A stretch of 64,000 nucleotides of DNA from Acidobacteriota bacterium (GCA_031271905.1 JAISUT010000025.1:30522-94521); one strand, 5' to 3'. Counted from the first letter of the stretch, positions 9,829 to 20,783 are shown. Translations and numbers: made by a program. The notes: generated by a model not told the origin, from the sequence alone.

Positions 9829-11358
9829 TCATCCCTCCAGTAATTGCACGAAAGTCCTCACGCCGAAGCCGGTCGCGCCCTTGCAGGCGAAGGGGCGTCC
9901 CTCCGTGTCGATGTCCATGCCTGCGATGTCCAAGTGGACCCAAGGGGTGTCCTCCACGAATTCCTGTAGGAACTTCGCGGCGGTGATGGTGCCGCCCGCG
10001 CGCCCGCCGACGTTCTTCATGTCGGCGATCTCGCTGCGGATGGCCTTCTTGTACTCGTCGTCGATGGGCAGTTGCCAGAACTTCTCGCCCGTGGCTGCGC
10101 AGTTGGCGCGGAGGCGGTCGATGGTCGCCTGGTCAGTCCCCAGCATCCCGGCGTTGACGGTGCCGAGCGCCACGACGCACGCCCCCGTCAGCGTGGCGGC
10201 GTCGAGAATCCGCGTCGCGCCGAGGGTTCTTGCATAAGCCAAGGCGTCGGCGAGGATCAGCCGTCCCTCCGCATCGGTGTTGATGATCTCGATGGTCTTG
10301 CCCGAGAGCGACTTCACCACGTCGCCGGGCTTGGTCGCCTTGCCGCCGGGCAGGTTTTCCGTGAGGGGGACGAGCCCTAGGAGCGGCTTTTGCGGGCAGA
10401 GCCGCCCGAGCGCGAGCATGGCGCCCAGCACCGCCGCGCCGCCAGCCATGTCGCCTTTCATCTCCTCCATCTTGTCGGAGGGCTTGAGCGAGATGCCGCC
10501 GCTGTCGAAGGTGACCCCCTTGCCGACGAGGGCGGTCAGCGGCACCCCCGCGTTTTCCCCCACCGCGCCGGGGGTGCGCAACAGGAGCAGCTTGGGCGGC
10601 TGGTCGCTGCCCCGGCTCACGGCCAGCAGGGCGTTCATGCCGAGCGCCTCCATCCCCTCCCGTTCCATTACCTGCGCTTCCAGACCCGCCTTGGCGCACT
10701 CGTCCAAGGCGCGCTGGACGAATTGCGCCGGCGTCAGGACGTTGGCGGGCTCGTTGACCAGCGTGCGTGCGAAGTTCGTCGCCTCGCCGACAGCCACTCC
10801 GCGCCGGACGCCCTCCGCGACCTCGCCCCCATCCGCCTTCCCGCTGGCTTCGCCCTCGAAGAGCAACTGGCAGTCCGTCACGTCGCCGCCCTCCCGATCC
10901 TTCGTCTTGTACAGATCCGCGTCGTAGTTCGCGTACAGGGATCCTTCCACCGCCATCTGCGCCGCCAGCCGCGCCGGGAAGGCGTCGCGGCAGACCAAGG
11001 CGATCTTTTTGCAATGGGACGCCCGCGCCGCGCGCACCGCCACCCCCGCCACTTCGCGCAACCGCGCCGGGGTGAACTCCGACCGCTTCCCCGCCCCCAC
11101 CAGCAACAGCCGCTCCGCCTGGAGCTGCGCCGGACGGTGGAGCTTGCAACAGCGGTGCAACTCCGGCTTGAACTCCGTGGACGCCAGCAGGGCGCTGACG
11201 GCATGGCCAGTGGCTGCGTCCAGCGCCTTCAACGGCGCGGAGGACGGCGTTGCGGGATCCGCCGGCGAAGGCTTCGAGACGTCGTCATCGAAGACCGGGT
11301 ATGCCAAGAGGTCGCAGGCGATGGAAGGGTGGCTTTCCGGGCTATAGGCGAACTGCAT
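9829..11358 (-). CDS. pepA: Leucyl aminopeptidase (M17)
   Basis: VGKGVTFDSGG, MKGDMAG, NTDAEGRL, DAATLTG, WVHLDIAG. Confidence 0.95.
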   Translation of the reverse strand: MQFAYSPESHPSIACDLLAYPVFDDDVSKPSPADPATPSSAPLKALDAATGHAVSALLASTEFKPELHRCCKLHRPAQLQAERLLLVGAGKRSEFTPARLREVAGVAVRAARASHCKKIALVCRDAFPARLAAQMAVEGSLYANYDADLYKTKDREGGDVTDCQLLFEGEASGKADGGEVAEGVRRGVAVGEATNFARTLVNEPANVLTPAQFVQRALDECAKAGLEAQVMEREGMEALGMNALLAVSRGSDQPPKLLLLRTPGAVGENAGVPLTALVGKGVTFDSGGISLKPSDKMEEMKGDMAGGAAVLGAMLALGRLCPQKPLLGLVPLTENLPGGKATKPGDVVKSLSGKTIEIINTDAEGRLILADALAYARTLGATRILDAATLTGACVVALGTVNAGMLGTDQATIDRLRANCAATGEKFWQLPIDDEYKKAIRSEIADMKNVGGRAGGTITAAKFLQEFVEDTPWVHLDIAGMDIDTEGRPFACKGATGFGVRTFVQLLEG

Positions 11359-11448
11359 GATCTAAAGGCCTCCTTACTGGTTCTAGGACGCCCGCGAAGA
11401 ACCCCGGCGCTGTCTGCGGGGAGCTCGCGGCACACCCCTTATACGCTT

Positions 11449-11919
11449 TCATCGCCGCCGGTATTTCATGGCGGCTGCGGCTTCGCGGTCGGCTTCCTTG
11501 CGCCGCTCCGTCTCCCGCTTGTCCATGAGCTTCTTGCCGCGCGCCACGCCCAGCTCCACCTTCACGCGCCCGCGTTTGAAGTAGACGCGCAACGGCGTCA
11601 GCGTCAGCCCCTTCTCCTGCGTCTTGCCGATCAGCTTGCGGATCTCCCGCGCGTGCAACAGCAGCTTGCGGGTGCGCGTGGGCTCGTGGTTTTCGCGGTT
11701 GCCGTGCGAGTAGGGGCTGATGTGGCAATTGAACAGCATCGCCTCGCCCTTCTGTATGATGGCGTAGCTGTCCTTGAGGTTCAGCCGCCCCTCCCGGATG
11801 GACTTGACCTCCGTCCCGAGCAGGCACACGCCCGCCTCCAGCTTCTCGAGGATGAAGTAGTCGTGAAACGCCTTTTTATTCGTGGCGACGACCTTCTCGC
11901 CCGTCGGTTTCTCGGTCAT
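11449..11919 (-). CDS. smpB: SsrA-binding protein
   Basis: NKKAFHDY, [15 protein letters not shown], RKLLLH, GKKLxDKRE. Confidence 0.97.
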   Translation of the reverse strand: MTEKPTGEKVVATNKKAFHDYFILEKLEAGVCLLGTEVKSIREGRLNLKDSYAIIQKGEAMLFNCHISPYSHGNRENHEPTRTRKLLLHAREIRKLIGKTQEKGLTLTPLRVYFKRGRVKVELGVARGKKLMDKRETERRKEADREAAAAMKYRRR

Positions 11920-11938
11920 AGATAGCCCTGTCTTTAAA

Positions 11939-12059
11939 GGGGACCTCTAAAAACCCCGGATGCTGCGTTGCGCCTTGGTCGAAAATGCTCATTCGCCTTG
12001 GTAGGCTCCGCTTTTCGACCTGCGGCGACGCCTTGTCTGCGAGTTTTTTAGAGGTTCCC
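11939..12059. mobile_element. MITE copy 1 (121 bp)
   Basis: Terminal inverted repeats GGGGACCTCTAAAAA...TTTTTAGAGGTTCCC flanked by TAAA on both sides; closely similar copies at 50471 and 52930. Confidence 0.88.
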
Positions 12060-12234
12060 TAAATGCCTGGGGTGCCGCCTGCGCCGTCGAGACCTCGCCA
12101 TCGCATCGTTTGCGTTTCCGGCGACCGAACGGGGGAAGGCTCTCCCGCGACGGTGTTCAAACGAACGACGGCGGGCGGCGAGGCGGCCGCGCTCCAAGTC
12201 GGGAAGGCTGCCACCCCGTTTTTACGCATCCGTG

Positions 12235-13890
12235 TCATTCTTCCGCGGCTTCTTCGGCGACCGCCGCGACCGCCGGAGCGGGGGCGTTGACTTTGAAGTC
12301 CGTCGCGGTGACCAGGCGGTTGTTTGAGATCTTGTCCAAGACGTGGATCTCCAACTTGTAGTCCCCCGGGGCGAGTTGGCCGACCGGCACCCTGCCGACC
12401 AGCACCACGCGCGCCCCGTAGAAGAACTGCTCCGAATTGATGGCGGAATTTTCGACCTCCGCGACGACGTCCCCGCCTTTTTTGATGACGAACTCCACGT
12501 CCAGCGACGGCTGCTGGGTGGTCTGGTCGATCTCCATGCCGTAGATCTGCATGTAGGGGATCAGGTTCTGCCCCGGCACATATGCGGCATTCACGTTCGG
12601 CACGATGCGCATGTCCCCGATGACGTACTGGTCGAGGGAGGTGGAGTTCGCCGGCGCGGCGGTGATGGTGTTCGCCAAGATGATGCTGCTGGACTGCAAT
12701 CCGGGGTCGGCGTACTTGGGCACGTTCAACCCCAGGCTCAAGGCGCCGATCTTCTTGCTGTTCACGTCCTTCAGCACGAGGTCCAACTTGTAGCGTTGCC
12801 CCGGGGGGAGCGCCACGATGCGCTGGTACTCCGACTTTTTCTCCTTCCCTTGGTCGAAATAGACGTCGAGGAAGTCGCGGACGATCTCGTCCTCCCATTC
12901 GGCGTGGATCTTGTTGGTCAGCCCGGTGATGATGCCGTACACGTTGATCTTGGCGCGGTTGAAGTCCTTCTCCTTCTTGAACTCCAGCTCCGTGTTGCTG
13001 ATCTCGACGGTTATGGGGACCAGCACCTTGTCCTCCGACAGCCGGATGTAGTCGGTGCGCACGTCGTAAAAGAGCGAGCTGTAGCTGACGTGCGTCGTGA
13101 CCACGCTCTTCAGATCCTCGAACTTGATCTTGGGCGGGCGCTGCACGCTGAAGTACCGCTCCATCTGCGAGAAGGGCGAATCCTTCGTGTTGCGCCCGTA
13201 CCGGTTCGGGTTGTTGTAGTCGTACCAGCCGCTCGGGTTGAAGTAGACGCGGTCTCGCTTGTCGGCGAGCCCCATTTCTTCCGCCAAGGTCAACCCCATG
13301 CCGGGGACGTTGATCAGCGCGTCCTTCTCCTCCGGGCTCATGGCGAGGCGGTACTCCCCGCTGTTGGAGCTGTCCACGAACTCCAGTTCGATGTCATCGC
13401 CGACGCCGTCGATGTGCCGGTACCACCAACGCTCGAAGGGGAAGGTGGATGTGGAGCCGCCCCCTTCGTAGGACTGGCGGTAGTAGATGCCGCCGGTGGG
13501 GTGCGTCTCTTTTTGGTCGGGCTCCCCCCAGAGGATGTAGATGCGTCCGCGGTCGGTGCGCCAGCCGGGGATGCCGGAGGTGAACCGCTCGTTCGCGTAG
13601 GCGATGCGGCGGTAATGCTCTTCCTTGAATTCGTTGTACGGGGAGCGGGGGTCGGGGTTGCGGCGATCCCAGAACTGCTGGATGAAGCTCTCCTTCTCCT
13701 CGTCGTTTTTCAAGGACTTGAAGAACGACTTCTCCTCGTCGGAGATGATGTATACGACGTCCTTGTTGAGCCAGTCCTTGTAATATTGCGCCCCCCCGCC
13801 CTCACGCTTCTTTTGGGCGGCGCCGGTCAGGCTGAAGCCTAGGCCTAGGGCGACAAGGGTTAAAACTGCGAAAGACTTTCGGACGCGCAT
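12235..13890 (-). CDS. GWxTD domain-containing exported protein
   Basis: Signal peptide; FWxRRNPDP, EEHYRRIAYANERF, GWRTDRGRIYI; SD AGGAGAGG. Confidence 0.9.
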   Translation of the reverse strand: MRVRKSFAVLTLVALGLGFSLTGAAQKKREGGGAQYYKDWLNKDVVYIISDEEKSFFKSLKNDEEKESFIQQFWDRRNPDPRSPYNEFKEEHYRRIAYANERFTSGIPGWRTDRGRIYILWGEPDQKETHPTGGIYYRQSYEGGGSTSTFPFERWWYRHIDGVGDDIELEFVDSSNSGEYRLAMSPEEKDALINVPGMGLTLAEEMGLADKRDRVYFNPSGWYDYNNPNRYGRNTKDSPFSQMERYFSVQRPPKIKFEDLKSVVTTHVSYSSLFYDVRTDYIRLSEDKVLVPITVEISNTELEFKKEKDFNRAKINVYGIITGLTNKIHAEWEDEIVRDFLDVYFDQGKEKKSEYQRIVALPPGQRYKLDLVLKDVNSKKIGALSLGLNVPKYADPGLQSSSIILANTITAAPANSTSLDQYVIGDMRIVPNVNAAYVPGQNLIPYMQIYGMEIDQTTQQPSLDVEFVIKKGGDVVAEVENSAINSEQFFYGARVVLVGRVPVGQLAPGDYKLEIHVLDKISNNRLVTATDFKVNAPAPAVAAVAEEAAEE

Positions 13891-14066
13891 ATCCTCTCCT
13901 TGCATCGCCCTCCTTGCGGGCGATTGCGATGCTGGCAATTATAGGCGTTCCCCCGCCATCGAGTCAACGAGGGCGGCGCGCTTGGGGACTTTCTCCGCCG
14001 GTGGCTTCGCCCTCGACTCAATGTTATGATCTATCCAGTTATTGACTTGACATGGGAGGTCACACA

Positions 14067-15680
14067 GTGGAATTCAAGTACCAAGACCCGTTCCCGCTTT
14101 CGGGGGACGACACATCCTACCGCTTGCTCACGAAAGACCATGTGGGCGTCGCCGACTTCGGCGGGGAGAAAATCCTGAAAATCGAGCCGGAGGGCTTGAC
14201 GCTGCTCGCCGCCCAGGCGATGCGCGACGTCTCGTTCCTCCTGCGGGCGAGGCACAACGAGCAGGTGGCGCGCATCCTCGACGACCCGGAGGCGTCCCCG
14301 AACGACCGGGGCGTCGCCATCGCCATGCTGCGCAACGCCGAGGTCTCCGCCAAGTTCGAGCTCCCCTTCTGCCAGGACACCGGCACGGCCATCGTCATCG
14401 GCAAGAAGGGGCAGCGCGTCTGGACCGGCTGCCGCGACGAGGAGCTCCTCTCCAAAGGCGTTTTCCAGACCTACACCGGCGAGGCGCTCCGCTATTCGCA
14501 GACCATCCCGCTGGACATGTACAAGGAGGTCAACTCCGGCAACAACCTGCCCGCGCAGATCGACCTTTACGCCACGCCCGGCGACGAATACACGTTCCTG
14601 TTCGTCGCCAAGGGGGGCGGCAGCGCCAACAAGACCTACCTGTTCCAGGAGACCAAGGCGCTGTTGAACCCGGAGAGCCTGGAGAAGTTCCTGGTCGCCA
14701 AGATGAAGACGCTCGGCACCGCCGCCTGCCCTCCCTACCACCTGGCGTTCGTCGTCGGCGGCACCAGCGCCGAAAGCACGCTCAAGACGGTGAAGCTGGC
14801 CTCCACGGGCTACCTCGACCACCTGCCCACCTCCGGCAACGAGGGGGGGCGGGCGTTCCGCGACCTCGAGCTCGAGGCGAAGCTGCTCGCGGCGGCGCAA
14901 AGCTGCGGCATCGGCGCGCAGTTCGGCGGCAAGTATTTCGCGCATGACGTGCGCGTCGTCCGCCTGCCGCGCCACGGCGCCTCCTGTCCGGTCGGCATGG
15001 GCGTCTCCTGCTCCGCCGACCGCAACATCAAGGCCAAGATCGACAAGGGCGGCATCTGGCTGGAGGAGATGGACCGCGACCCGGGCCGCCTGATACCGGA
15101 AAAGTATCGCGGCAAGCACTCGCGCGGCGTGGTCAAGGTCAACCTCGACCAGCCGATGAAGGACATCCTGGCCGAGCTGACCAAGCACCCGGTCGCCACG
15201 CAGCTCTCCCTGGACGGCACGATCATCGTCGGGCGCGACATCGCGCACGCCAAGTTCAAGGCGCTGCTGGACGCGGGCAAGCCCCTGCCCGGCTACCTGA
15301 AAGACCATCCCATCTACTACGCGGGCCCTGCCAAGACCCCGGCGGGCAAGCCCTCCGGCTCCTTCGGGCCGACCACCGCCGGGCGCATGGACTCCTACGT
15401 GGACCTTCTGCAAAGCAACGGCGGCTCGCTGGTCATGATCGCCAAGGGGAACCGCTCCCGGCAGGTCACGGACGCCTGCAAGAAGCATGGCGGCTTCTAC
15501 CTCGGCTCCATCGGCGGTCCGGCCGCGCTCCTGGCCGAGGAGAACATCAAGAAGGTCGAGTGCGTCGATTACCCGGAGCTGGGGATGGAGGCGGTCTGGA
15601 AGATCGAGGTGGTCGATTTCCCGGCGTTCATCCTCGTGGACGACAAGGGCAACGACTTCTTCAGCGGTCTGCTGGTGTAA
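14067..15680 (+). CDS. Class I (Fe-S) fumarate hydratase
   Basis: [38 protein letters not shown]; GTG start after SD GGGAGG. Confidence 0.95.
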   Translation: MEFKYQDPFPLSGDDTSYRLLTKDHVGVADFGGEKILKIEPEGLTLLAAQAMRDVSFLLRARHNEQVARILDDPEASPNDRGVAIAMLRNAEVSAKFELPFCQDTGTAIVIGKKGQRVWTGCRDEELLSKGVFQTYTGEALRYSQTIPLDMYKEVNSGNNLPAQIDLYATPGDEYTFLFVAKGGGSANKTYLFQETKALLNPESLEKFLVAKMKTLGTAACPPYHLAFVVGGTSAESTLKTVKLASTGYLDHLPTSGNEGGRAFRDLELEAKLLAAAQSCGIGAQFGGKYFAHDVRVVRLPRHGASCPVGMGVSCSADRNIKAKIDKGGIWLEEMDRDPGRLIPEKYRGKHSRGVVKVNLDQPMKDILAELTKHPVATQLSLDGTIIVGRDIAHAKFKALLDAGKPLPGYLKDHPIYYAGPAKTPAGKPSGSFGPTTAGRMDSYVDLLQSNGGSLVMIAKGNRSRQVTDACKKHGGFYLGSIGGPAALLAEENIKKVECVDYPELGMEAVWKIEVVDFPAFILVDDKGNDFFSGLLV

Positions 15681-15762
15681 CGGCGCGCCCCTCCGCCGTT
15701 TCGCCGTCCCGGCGGCGCGGCGCGCCTTGGAAATGCGGCGGCTTGCCGCAGATGGAATGGCG

Positions 15763-16830
15763 ATGCCGATGAGAACGCGATGGCTGTGCAGCTTGGTGAT
15801 GGCTGTGTCCCTGCTCTGCGGCGGGGGGGGGCGGCTCCGCCCCGCCGCAGCGCAAACCCCTCCCGAACCCCAGGACGGGGAGGGGTTCCGTTTCCGCGCG
15901 GCGACCAACCTGGTCAAAGTCCCGATCAGCGTCTTTGACGGCCGCGGCCTCCTCGTGGGCGACCTCAGGAAAGAGGATTTCCGGTTGTGGGAGGACAAGG
16001 AGCGGCAGGATATCCGCAGCGTCGGCGTGGACGCCGGCGCCATGTCGGTGGTGCTGGTCTTGGACACCAGCCCCAGCAGCAAGTCGGAATGGAAGAAGAT
16101 CAAGTCCGCCGCCGAGGACTTCGCAAAAAAGCTGGGGCGTGAAGATCAAATCTCCTTGATCACGTTCGACGACGAGGTGAACCTCGTGCTCGACTGGACG
16201 GGCGACCGGAAGAAGGTGGACAAGGCGCTTGACAAGATCCGCCCCGGATACCGCACGGCGCTTTACGACGCCATGTACCTGGCTGCGAGCGAACAGTTGC
16301 GCGGCGTGGAGGGGCAGCGGGCGATCATCCTGCTGACCGACTGCCTGAACAATTGGAGCCGGGTCGGTTTCGGGGAGGCGGCGCGCGCCGTCGCCAAGTC
16401 CCAGGCGTCTTTTTACGTCGTGTCCAAGACCGCCATCATAAAGGAGGACGCGCGGCAGAATCGGCGAGTGGCGATCATCACCGACATCTACAGGAGGCTT
16501 TTCGGCGAGGATTGGGACGGCTACGTCGATGAATTCTTCGCCCAGCGGGAGGCGGAGATGGCCGCGCTGGCGGAGGAGACCGGCGGGCGCGTCTTCTTCC
16601 CGGCGGACTACGACGCCATCCGGGACGTCTACCGGGAGATCGCGCAGGAGTTGAAGAACAAATACTACCTGACCTACGTTTCGAACCAGAGCCTGGAGCC
16701 CGACTCCGAGCACCGCATCGCCGTCGAGTACCTGCGCCCCGCCTCCGGGCTCCGCTACCGCCGCAGCTACTACTACCGCCCCCAGACGCCGCGCAGGGCG
16801 CTCGCCCCCGCCTTCGCCTCGCCCAAGTAG
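15763..16830 (+). CDS. VWA domain-containing exported protein (acidobacterial VWFA-like)
   Basis: Signal peptide, LVKVPISVFD, MIDAS DTSPS, TALYDA, LLTD, LAEETGG, YYLTY; start approximate. Confidence 0.85.
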   Translation: MPMRTRWLCSLVMAVSLLCGGGGRLRPAAAQTPPEPQDGEGFRFRAATNLVKVPISVFDGRGLLVGDLRKEDFRLWEDKERQDIRSVGVDAGAMSVVLVLDTSPSSKSEWKKIKSAAEDFAKKLGREDQISLITFDDEVNLVLDWTGDRKKVDKALDKIRPGYRTALYDAMYLAASEQLRGVEGQRAIILLTDCLNNWSRVGFGEAARAVAKSQASFYVVSKTAIIKEDARQNRRVAIITDIYRRLFGEDWDGYVDEFFAQREAEMAALAEETGGRVFFPADYDAIRDVYREIAQELKNKYYLTYVSNQSLEPDSEHRIAVEYLRPASGLRYRRSYYYRPQTPRRALAPAFASPK

Positions 16831-16842
16831 CGCCTGCACCCC

Positions 16843-17817
16843 TCATTTCTTGGTGGCGAAACGGTCTACCGCCTCCTTGAGCTCCGGCGACGGGTTCAAC
16901 TCATAGGCTTTCTTGTATGCTTTCAGCGCCTGGTCCCGCTTGTTCTGCTTCTCGTATACCAGTCCCAGCCGCGTGAACACGCCCGCGTTGTCCGGCAGGC
17001 GGGAGCTCGCCTGGAGGAGCGCCTTTTCCGCTGCGGGATACTGCTTCTGGAACAGGTGCGCCTCCGCGAGGTTGTAATCGACGTAGCCGTTGTCCGGGTC
17101 GTAGGATTTCGCTTTCGTCAACGCCTGCACGGCGGCGGCGTATTGCTTGCCGGAAAGCGCCTGCGCCCCCTTTTTCAAGTACGCCTTCCCCAAGACGTCC
17201 TTGGCGTTCGCCTCGCCCGGTTTCAATGCGAGCGCCCGCTCCAGCGCCGGGATCGCCTCGTCCGTGCGGTTCAGGTTGAAGTAGGAGATGCCCAACATGG
17301 AATGGAGCGTCCAGTCGGAGGCGTTGGCGCGCACAGCCCCCTGCAAGTCCTCGACGGCGTCGGCGTAGCGTCTGGAGCGGTAATACGCCGCCCCCCGTAT
17401 GAGCTGTATCCTCGCCCTCTCCGCGCCCGGGTTCCCCTCTTTGGCTGCCAGCGGCTCGGCGCGGTTCAAGGACGCGATGGCGTCGCTGTAACGTTGCATG
17501 TTGAAGTACGCCTGCCCCAGCCCGTAGTAGGTGGAGAAGGCGGTGGACTTCAGCTCCGCCGCGCGCGACAACGACGAGACCGCGAGGGCGTTGTTGTTGA
17601 CGCCGAGGTAGCAAAGCCCCAGCAGGCGATGCCCGAACTCCCAGTTCGGAGACTTGTCCAAATCCGGCTTCAACTCTTGTATCGCCCGGTTGTAGTCCCC
17701 TTGGGAATAGTAGCTGGCGGCCTGCTTGTAGTCGGCGCGCGCCGGTCGCGGCGATGCGGTCGTCGCGACCGCCGCCAGCAACAGGCACAGCGGATAGGTG
17801 AAAACGTGTCGTCTCAT
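16843..17817 (-). CDS. Tetratricopeptide repeat exported protein
   Basis: Signal peptide and repeated LG..Y...A...L..A..L.P units. Confidence 0.88.
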   Translation of the reverse strand: MRRHVFTYPLCLLLAAVATTASPRPARADYKQAASYYSQGDYNRAIQELKPDLDKSPNWEFGHRLLGLCYLGVNNNALAVSSLSRAAELKSTAFSTYYGLGQAYFNMQRYSDAIASLNRAEPLAAKEGNPGAERARIQLIRGAAYYRSRRYADAVEDLQGAVRANASDWTLHSMLGISYFNLNRTDEAIPALERALALKPGEANAKDVLGKAYLKKGAQALSGKQYAAAVQALTKAKSYDPDNGYVDYNLAEAHLFQKQYPAAEKALLQASSRLPDNAGVFTRLGLVYEKQNKRDQALKAYKKAYELNPSPELKEAVDRFATKK

Positions 17818-17935
17818 GCGCCCTCCCGGTCTTGCCCGCACCGATGGCGCGAGCCCGAAGCATCAGATACGTTAACGGCACGGAGCGATCAAGTCAATCA
17901 ATCAAGACGCTCGGGGGCTCGGGAAGGCGCCCGGG

Positions 17936-18502
17936 TCACTCCATGAGATGCTGTACGAGGATGCGCACGCCGATGGCGACCAGGATGAGCCCGCCGGCGG
18001 CCTCGACCCGCCGCCCCCAGTGCGCGCCGATGCGCCGCCCCAGCAACATCCCCGCCAGGGTGAAGGCGGCGGCGACCAGGCCGATCACCGCCGCCGGGGC
18101 CAGGATGCCCGATCCGAGCGCGGCGAGCGAAAGCCCCACCGCCAAGGCGTCGATGCTGGTGGCGACGGAGAGGGCGACCAGCTCCCACCCGGAGGTCGGA
18201 TCGACGCGGGGGGCGTCCCCGTCCATCCCGCCCCGGAGCGCGCCCCAAAACATCCTGCCGCCGACAAAGCCCAGCAGGGCGAAGGCCATCCAGTGGTCGA
18301 AGGCGCTGATGTAGCCGTAGACGGCGCGCCCCGCCGCCCAGCCGAGCATCGGCATCAACGCTTGGAACAGACCGAAGTGGAACGACATGCGAAAGAGCCG
18401 TCGCCCGGTCAGGGGATGCAGCGTCAGCCCCGTGACCAGCGCCACGGCGAGGGCGTCCATAGCCAGCGCCACCGCCATCGCCAACAGGTTCAACCAATCC
18501 AT
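17936..18502 (-). CDS. mntP: Manganese efflux pump MntP family
   Basis: ALAMDALAV, FGLFQALMP, ATSIDALAVG, GGLILxxIG. Confidence 0.88.
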   Translation of the reverse strand: MDWLNLLAMAVALAMDALAVALVTGLTLHPLTGRRLFRMSFHFGLFQALMPMLGWAAGRAVYGYISAFDHWMAFALLGFVGGRMFWGALRGGMDGDAPRVDPTSGWELVALSVATSIDALAVGLSLAALGSGILAPAAVIGLVAAAFTLAGMLLGRRIGAHWGRRVEAAGGLILVAIGVRILVQHLME

Positions 18503-18512
18503 GGAACCTGCC

Positions 18513-20783
18513 CTACGCCTTGCCCAGCGCCCGGAGGATCTTGTCGGGCGTGGCGGGCGGCTCGACCCATTTGCCGATGGCGTTGGCGACGGCGCAGACC
18601 GGCAGCAGCGGCGCGGCCATGCAGTGGCTGATGCCCGATGCGCCGTAGCAGGCGTTCCCCGAACGGGTCTCGACCGCATGGGTCTCTATCGGCCCCAAGT
18701 CCGCTATCGTGGGCTTTTTGTACTCCCACATGTTCGTACTGAGCTTCACCCCCGTGCCCTTGTCGAACACGAACTCCTCCGTGAGCCCCCCGCCCTGGCT
18801 GAAGAACATCGCCTGGTGCAACTGCCCCTCGAACGAGGTCATGCGCAGCACCTTGCCCGGGTCGCAGACCACCACGAACTTGGTGACCTCCACGCCGCCC
18901 GTGTCGGGATCGACCGCCACCTCGCAGAAGCTGGCGTTCATGACGTCCAGGATCCGCCCCGCCTCGTTCCAGGTGGTCGCGGGGGGGCGCCCGAAGAAGG
19001 TCGCCGCGATGTCCTTGTCGTGGTCGTTGAACCCCTCGTCGGCGATGAACTGCCCGAAGGGGATGGCGTTGGAGGGGTCGGACTTCAAAAAGACCTTCGT
19101 GTCCTTGGTGTCCAGGTCCTCCGGCTTGGCCTTGAACTTGGGCGCGGCCAGCTCCAGCAGAGCCTTGCGGCAGAGCACCGCCGCCTCCTTCATGACCCAC
19201 GCCGAGGCGGTGGTGCCGTCCGAGCCGCCGCCGACCGGCGTGAAGAGCGCCTTGTTGTCGTACAGCAGGATCACGTCCTCGACCCGCGCCCCCATCTCCT
19301 CGGCGACCACCAGGGCGCAGGCGTCGGCGGCGTAGACGCCTATCCACGGGCCTTTGAGCGGCACGTAGACCTTGTTGTCCCCTTGGATGGTCACGGTCGC
19401 GGTGTAGGGCGCCATCGCATGGCGCGGCGACTGGGCGTAGCGGAAGCTCAGGCCGTGCAGCCGCCCGTCGGGGAGGCGCTTGGCGCCGGCGGGATGCCAC
19501 TGCCAGTTCATCGCCTTTTTGCCTTTCGCGATGCACTCGACAAGGCCGGGCGGGACGCCGGGGTCGCTCTGCGACGCGGGGCCGTGGACGTTCTTGAGCG
19601 CCACGTCGGTCGGATCCATCCCCAGTTTCTCGGCGATGAGCTGCTCGGCGATGGTCATCGCGTCCCAGTTGAAGGGCGAGGTCTGGCTGCCGGTGTTCTT
19701 GCCCGAGCTGGTGTAGGCGCTGACCGACGTGCTTTTCAGGTTGGTGCAGCGCGTGGTGTTGAATGGGCTGAACATCGCCTCGTACGAGCCGAAGCCGCCC
19801 CCGCCCTTCGTGCGCTTGTTGGGCGCGCCGCTGTCGCCGACCTTGCTCTCCTCGACGCCGAGGATGGTCCCGTCCGCCTTGAACGCGATCTTGACGTGCG
19901 AATAGCTTTGCGGGTTCGCCGGATAGTAGTCGTTCATCCGCGTGTTGACGCAGCGGACCGGCCGTCCCGCCCTCTTGGCCAAGAGCGGCGTGATGAGCTG
20001 GGAGCGGCGGATCATCCAATCGCAGTATTTGCCGCCCTGGAACGTGGTGCCGCGCTGGAGCTTGTCGAAGGGGAGGTTGTACAGCGGCCGCAGGCGGAAG
20101 GAGCCCCATGTGGGACAGATGCCTTCGATGTACAGCGAGTCGCCGCGCGTCCCCAAGGGGTCTTGCGCCCACCAGGAGACGCTTCCGTTCGGGTTGGGGA
20201 TGTGCGAGGCCATCAGCGCCTGCGCCCAGTCGAACTCGATGATGTGGTCGGCATCCTTGAACGCCTTCTCCACGTCGCCCGCGACGAAGGGCTGGGACTT
20301 CGCCGCCTTCGGGTCGACGCGGACGAAGGTGCCTCCCGGCTTGAACGCCTCGCGCGGATCGACGATGGTCGGCAGCACCTCCCAGTCCACTTCGATGAGC
20401 CGGAGCGCCTCGTCGCATATCTCCGGCGTCTCGGCGACGACCACCGCGCCGATCTCCTCGTCCTCCGTGTCCGACTCGTCCTCGAACAGCGGCTCCACCA
20501 CCCATTTCGAGTCGGCGATCTCCGGGTCGTCCCAGCGCAGGATGTCCACCACCCCCGCCAGCGCCTTCGCCTTGGAGACGTCCATGCCCTTGATTTTCGC
20601 CCGCCCGTGCGGGTTCCGCAAAAACTTGGCGTGCAGCATGTCGGGGACGACGTAGTCGCTGCCGAATTTCGCCATGCCCGTGGCGATGCTGAACGAGAGC
20701 CGGCCCGGCACGTTCGCCCGTCCGACCGCCTTGAATTCCGTCCTCTGCCCGTTGCTTCCGTCAAGATCCGCCATGTCTTTCAC
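18513..20783 (-). CDS. Xanthine dehydrogenase-family molybdopterin-binding subunit (divergent)
   Basis: ATGxAKFxxD, MLHAKFLRNPHGRAKI, FCEVAVDPDTGxVxV, DPGKV..EGQ, YKKPTIAD. Confidence 0.85.
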   Translation of the reverse strand: MKDMADLDGSNGQRTEFKAVGRANVPGRLSFSIATGMAKFGSDYVVPDMLHAKFLRNPHGRAKIKGMDVSKAKALAGVVDILRWDDPEIADSKWVVEPLFEDESDTEDEEIGAVVVAETPEICDEALRLIEVDWEVLPTIVDPREAFKPGGTFVRVDPKAAKSQPFVAGDVEKAFKDADHIIEFDWAQALMASHIPNPNGSVSWWAQDPLGTRGDSLYIEGICPTWGSFRLRPLYNLPFDKLQRGTTFQGGKYCDWMIRRSQLITPLLAKRAGRPVRCVNTRMNDYYPANPQSYSHVKIAFKADGTILGVEESKVGDSGAPNKRTKGGGGFGSYEAMFSPFNTTRCTNLKSTSVSAYTSSGKNTGSQTSPFNWDAMTIAEQLIAEKLGMDPTDVALKNVHGPASQSDPGVPPGLVECIAKGKKAMNWQWHPAGAKRLPDGRLHGLSFRYAQSPRHAMAPYTATVTIQGDNKVYVPLKGPWIGVYAADACALVVAEEMGARVEDVILLYDNKALFTPVGGGSDGTTASAWVMKEAAVLCRKALLELAAPKFKAKPEDLDTKDTKVFLKSDPSNAIPFGQFIADEGFNDHDKDIAATFFGRPPATTWNEAGRILDVMNASFCEVAVDPDTGGVEVTKFVVVCDPGKVLRMTSFEGQLHQAMFFSQGGGLTEEFVFDKGTGVKLSTNMWEYKKPTIADLGPIETHAVETRSGNACYGASGISHCMAAPLLPVCAVANAIGKWVEPPATPDKILRALGKA

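Noticed and set aside
12115-12212. Cobalamin-riboswitch-like words (CCCGCGACGGTG, AGTCGGGAAGGCTGCC)
   Set aside because: They are on the + strand with no downstream + gene, and the other core motifs are missing
18503-18512. yybP-ykoY Mn riboswitch upstream of mntP
   Set aside because: Only a 10-bp gap to the upstream gene
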